A stretch of 64,000 nucleotides of DNA from an uncultured Armatimonadia bacterium. GTDB lineage: Bacteria; Armatimonadota; Zipacnadia; CAVVLO01. The notes below the pieces were generated by a model that worked only from the letters and a program-made list of their open reading frames with translations, did not search any database and was not told where the DNA came from. The stretch is from assembly GCA_963749155.1 (NCBI GenBank), contig CAVVLO010000002.1, forward strand, positions 1 through 64,000, written 5' to 3'. Position numbers and translations under genes: made by a program. Positions 62,870 through 64,000 of this stretch are shown here, in pieces; the stretch's first letter is position 1, and each line of letters opens with the position of its first letter.

Positions 62870-63439
62870 GTGCATCCAAGGAAACCAGAGGTCAAAGTCC
62901 AGGTGCTCAGGCGCTTTGAAGTGTCGCCTGTGCTAAGGCTAGCTATAGGTATCCCGACCTTCGCGGCGCTGACCGCGCTGGCAGCTCATGTGCGTTTACC
63001 CCTGCCCTTCACTCCGGTGCCAGTAACGCTGCAGGTATTTACGGTTCTACTGGCTGGAGGAATGCTTGGCGGTTTTGGTGGCGCAGCTTCGATGGCGCTT
63101 TATCTGGCGCTTGGAGTACTCGGATTGCCTCTCTTCGCCGGCCCTGCAGGGCTTGCCGTGCTGTCCGGCCCAACAGGGGGCTATATACTGGCCTTCCCCG
63201 CTGCGGCCGCGCTGGTTGGTTTACTGACAGAGCGCTATTCCGGTTTCGCCAGAACGAGCCTTGTGACTTTCGCTGGAGTTGGCGTTATCTATCTGGGAGG
63301 CACCCTCTGGATGGGCTGCGTGCTTGGCGTCGGTATTGGGAAAGCCCTTCAGCTTGGGGTCCTTCCGTTCATCGGAGTAGATATTCTGAAGGCGCTTGCC
63401 GCTGCCGGTCTTGGCTGCTGGTACAAGAAATCGACCTGA
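62870..63439 (+). CDS. bioY: Biotin transporter substrate-binding component
   Basis: PFTPVPVTLQ, GLPLFA, GPTGGYI, PFIGVDILK. Confidence 0.93.
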   Translation: MHPRKPEVKVQVLRRFEVSPVLRLAIGIPTFAALTALAAHVRLPLPFTPVPVTLQVFTVLLAGGMLGGFGGAASMALYLALGVLGLPLFAGPAGLAVLSGPTGGYILAFPAAAALVGLLTERYSGFARTSLVTFAGVGVIYLGGTLWMGCVLGVGIGKALQLGVLPFIGVDILKALAAAGLGCWYKKST

Positions 63440-63514
63440 TTCTTCAACTGGATTGAAACTTTTTGCCACCCAGAAGCTCTTTATACACGTGACACTCTAT
63501 CAAGGTGCAAGTCG

Positions 63515-63781
63515 ATGAAAAGGTCCTCTCTGATAATTGGGATAGCTGTGATAGCACTGTTCGTGGTGCTCTTTGCCGTTGGTGGCAAGAAGCAACCCGC
63601 TGCGAACGGGCCTGACTCGGGTATGAAAGTGTGCAATGAGATGGCTCTTTCAAATCAGGATTCCAGCGCAGCTCCAGTCGACGATGATCTTTGCATCAAG
63701 CAGGACATGAAGCGAGCCGAACAGAAGACCGAGACAGAGACTCAGACTAACCAGGCGGTAAGCAAGAAGCGCTCGGTCTAG
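63515..63781 (+). CDS. Small secreted/membrane-anchored hypothetical protein
   Basis: Signal-like N-terminus. Confidence 0.55.
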   Translation: MKRSSLIIGIAVIALFVVLFAVGGKKQPAANGPDSGMKVCNEMALSNQDSSAAPVDDDLCIKQDMKRAEQKTETETQTNQAVSKKRSV

Positions 63782-63955
63782 AGTGTCTTGCTCCATCAAG
63801 CCATAAAGCATATACCTGCCCTGTCCTCTTGGCGAGTCGATCTCAAGATCGGCTCGCTTTTCCTTTCAAGCCCAGTTTGAACGAGAGACAATCCAAAAAG
63901 AAAGACCGCCGCGCCTTTTGAGCGCGACGGCCTGATGAATCACTTGCCAGCTGGA

Positions 63956-64000
63956 CTACTGGACTTCCAGCTTGAAGAAGCCTGTTGGGGCTCCCACCAG
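63956..64000 (-). CDS. C-terminal fragment of a gene entering from the right edge (...LVGAPTGFFKLEVQ*)
   Basis: Open frame to TAG, followed by a hairpin at ~63904-63932. Confidence 0.4.
   Translation of the reverse strand: MVGAPTGFFKLEVQ

Noticed and set aside
1..64000. Frameshifts in many genes (near 495, 11430, 19650, 21080, 24721, 43415, 46900, 52120, 53940, 55030, 56680-57040, 62065) as programmed frameshifting, phase variation or genome decay
   Set aside because: They are scattered single-base indels, often in short homopolymers, and hit conserved genes such as pckA and hemW. No in-frame stop accumulation is seen. Long-read consensus error is the simplest explanation.

Overview
A bacterial chromosome segment of roughly 60% GC from an unidentified lineage. 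It carries many single-base frameshifts that look like long-read consensus errors. The left ~9.7 kb is the right arm of an integrative element that abuts a tRNA-Glu(CTC) gene. Its recombination module is unusual: five translationally coupled genes encoding three tandem catalytic-domain-only serine recombinases (two with DRLSD in place of DRLxR), a separately encoded recombinase/zinc-ribbon DNA-binding subunit apparently fused to three LuxR-type HTHs, and a full-length large serine recombinase whose ORF ends inside the tRNA gene. Upstream lie an extended -10 promoter, a highly structured leader and a degenerate ~470-bp tandem repeat of small ORFs. Next come a clostripain lipoprotein and a ~10-kb array of seven mosaic paralogues of a membrane-anchored protein. 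The rest is housekeeping and glycan-use genes: YchF-like, pckA, archaeal-looking purSLQ, lpdA, GH101-like, two clan-A glycosidase-like proteins lacking catalytic Glu, polX, an orphan DNA methyltransferase, a degenerate FtsZ-like protein, murJ-lepA-hemW, a GH42-like protein, an OGG1-like glycosylase and bioY. All family assignments come from motif recognition; no searches were run.
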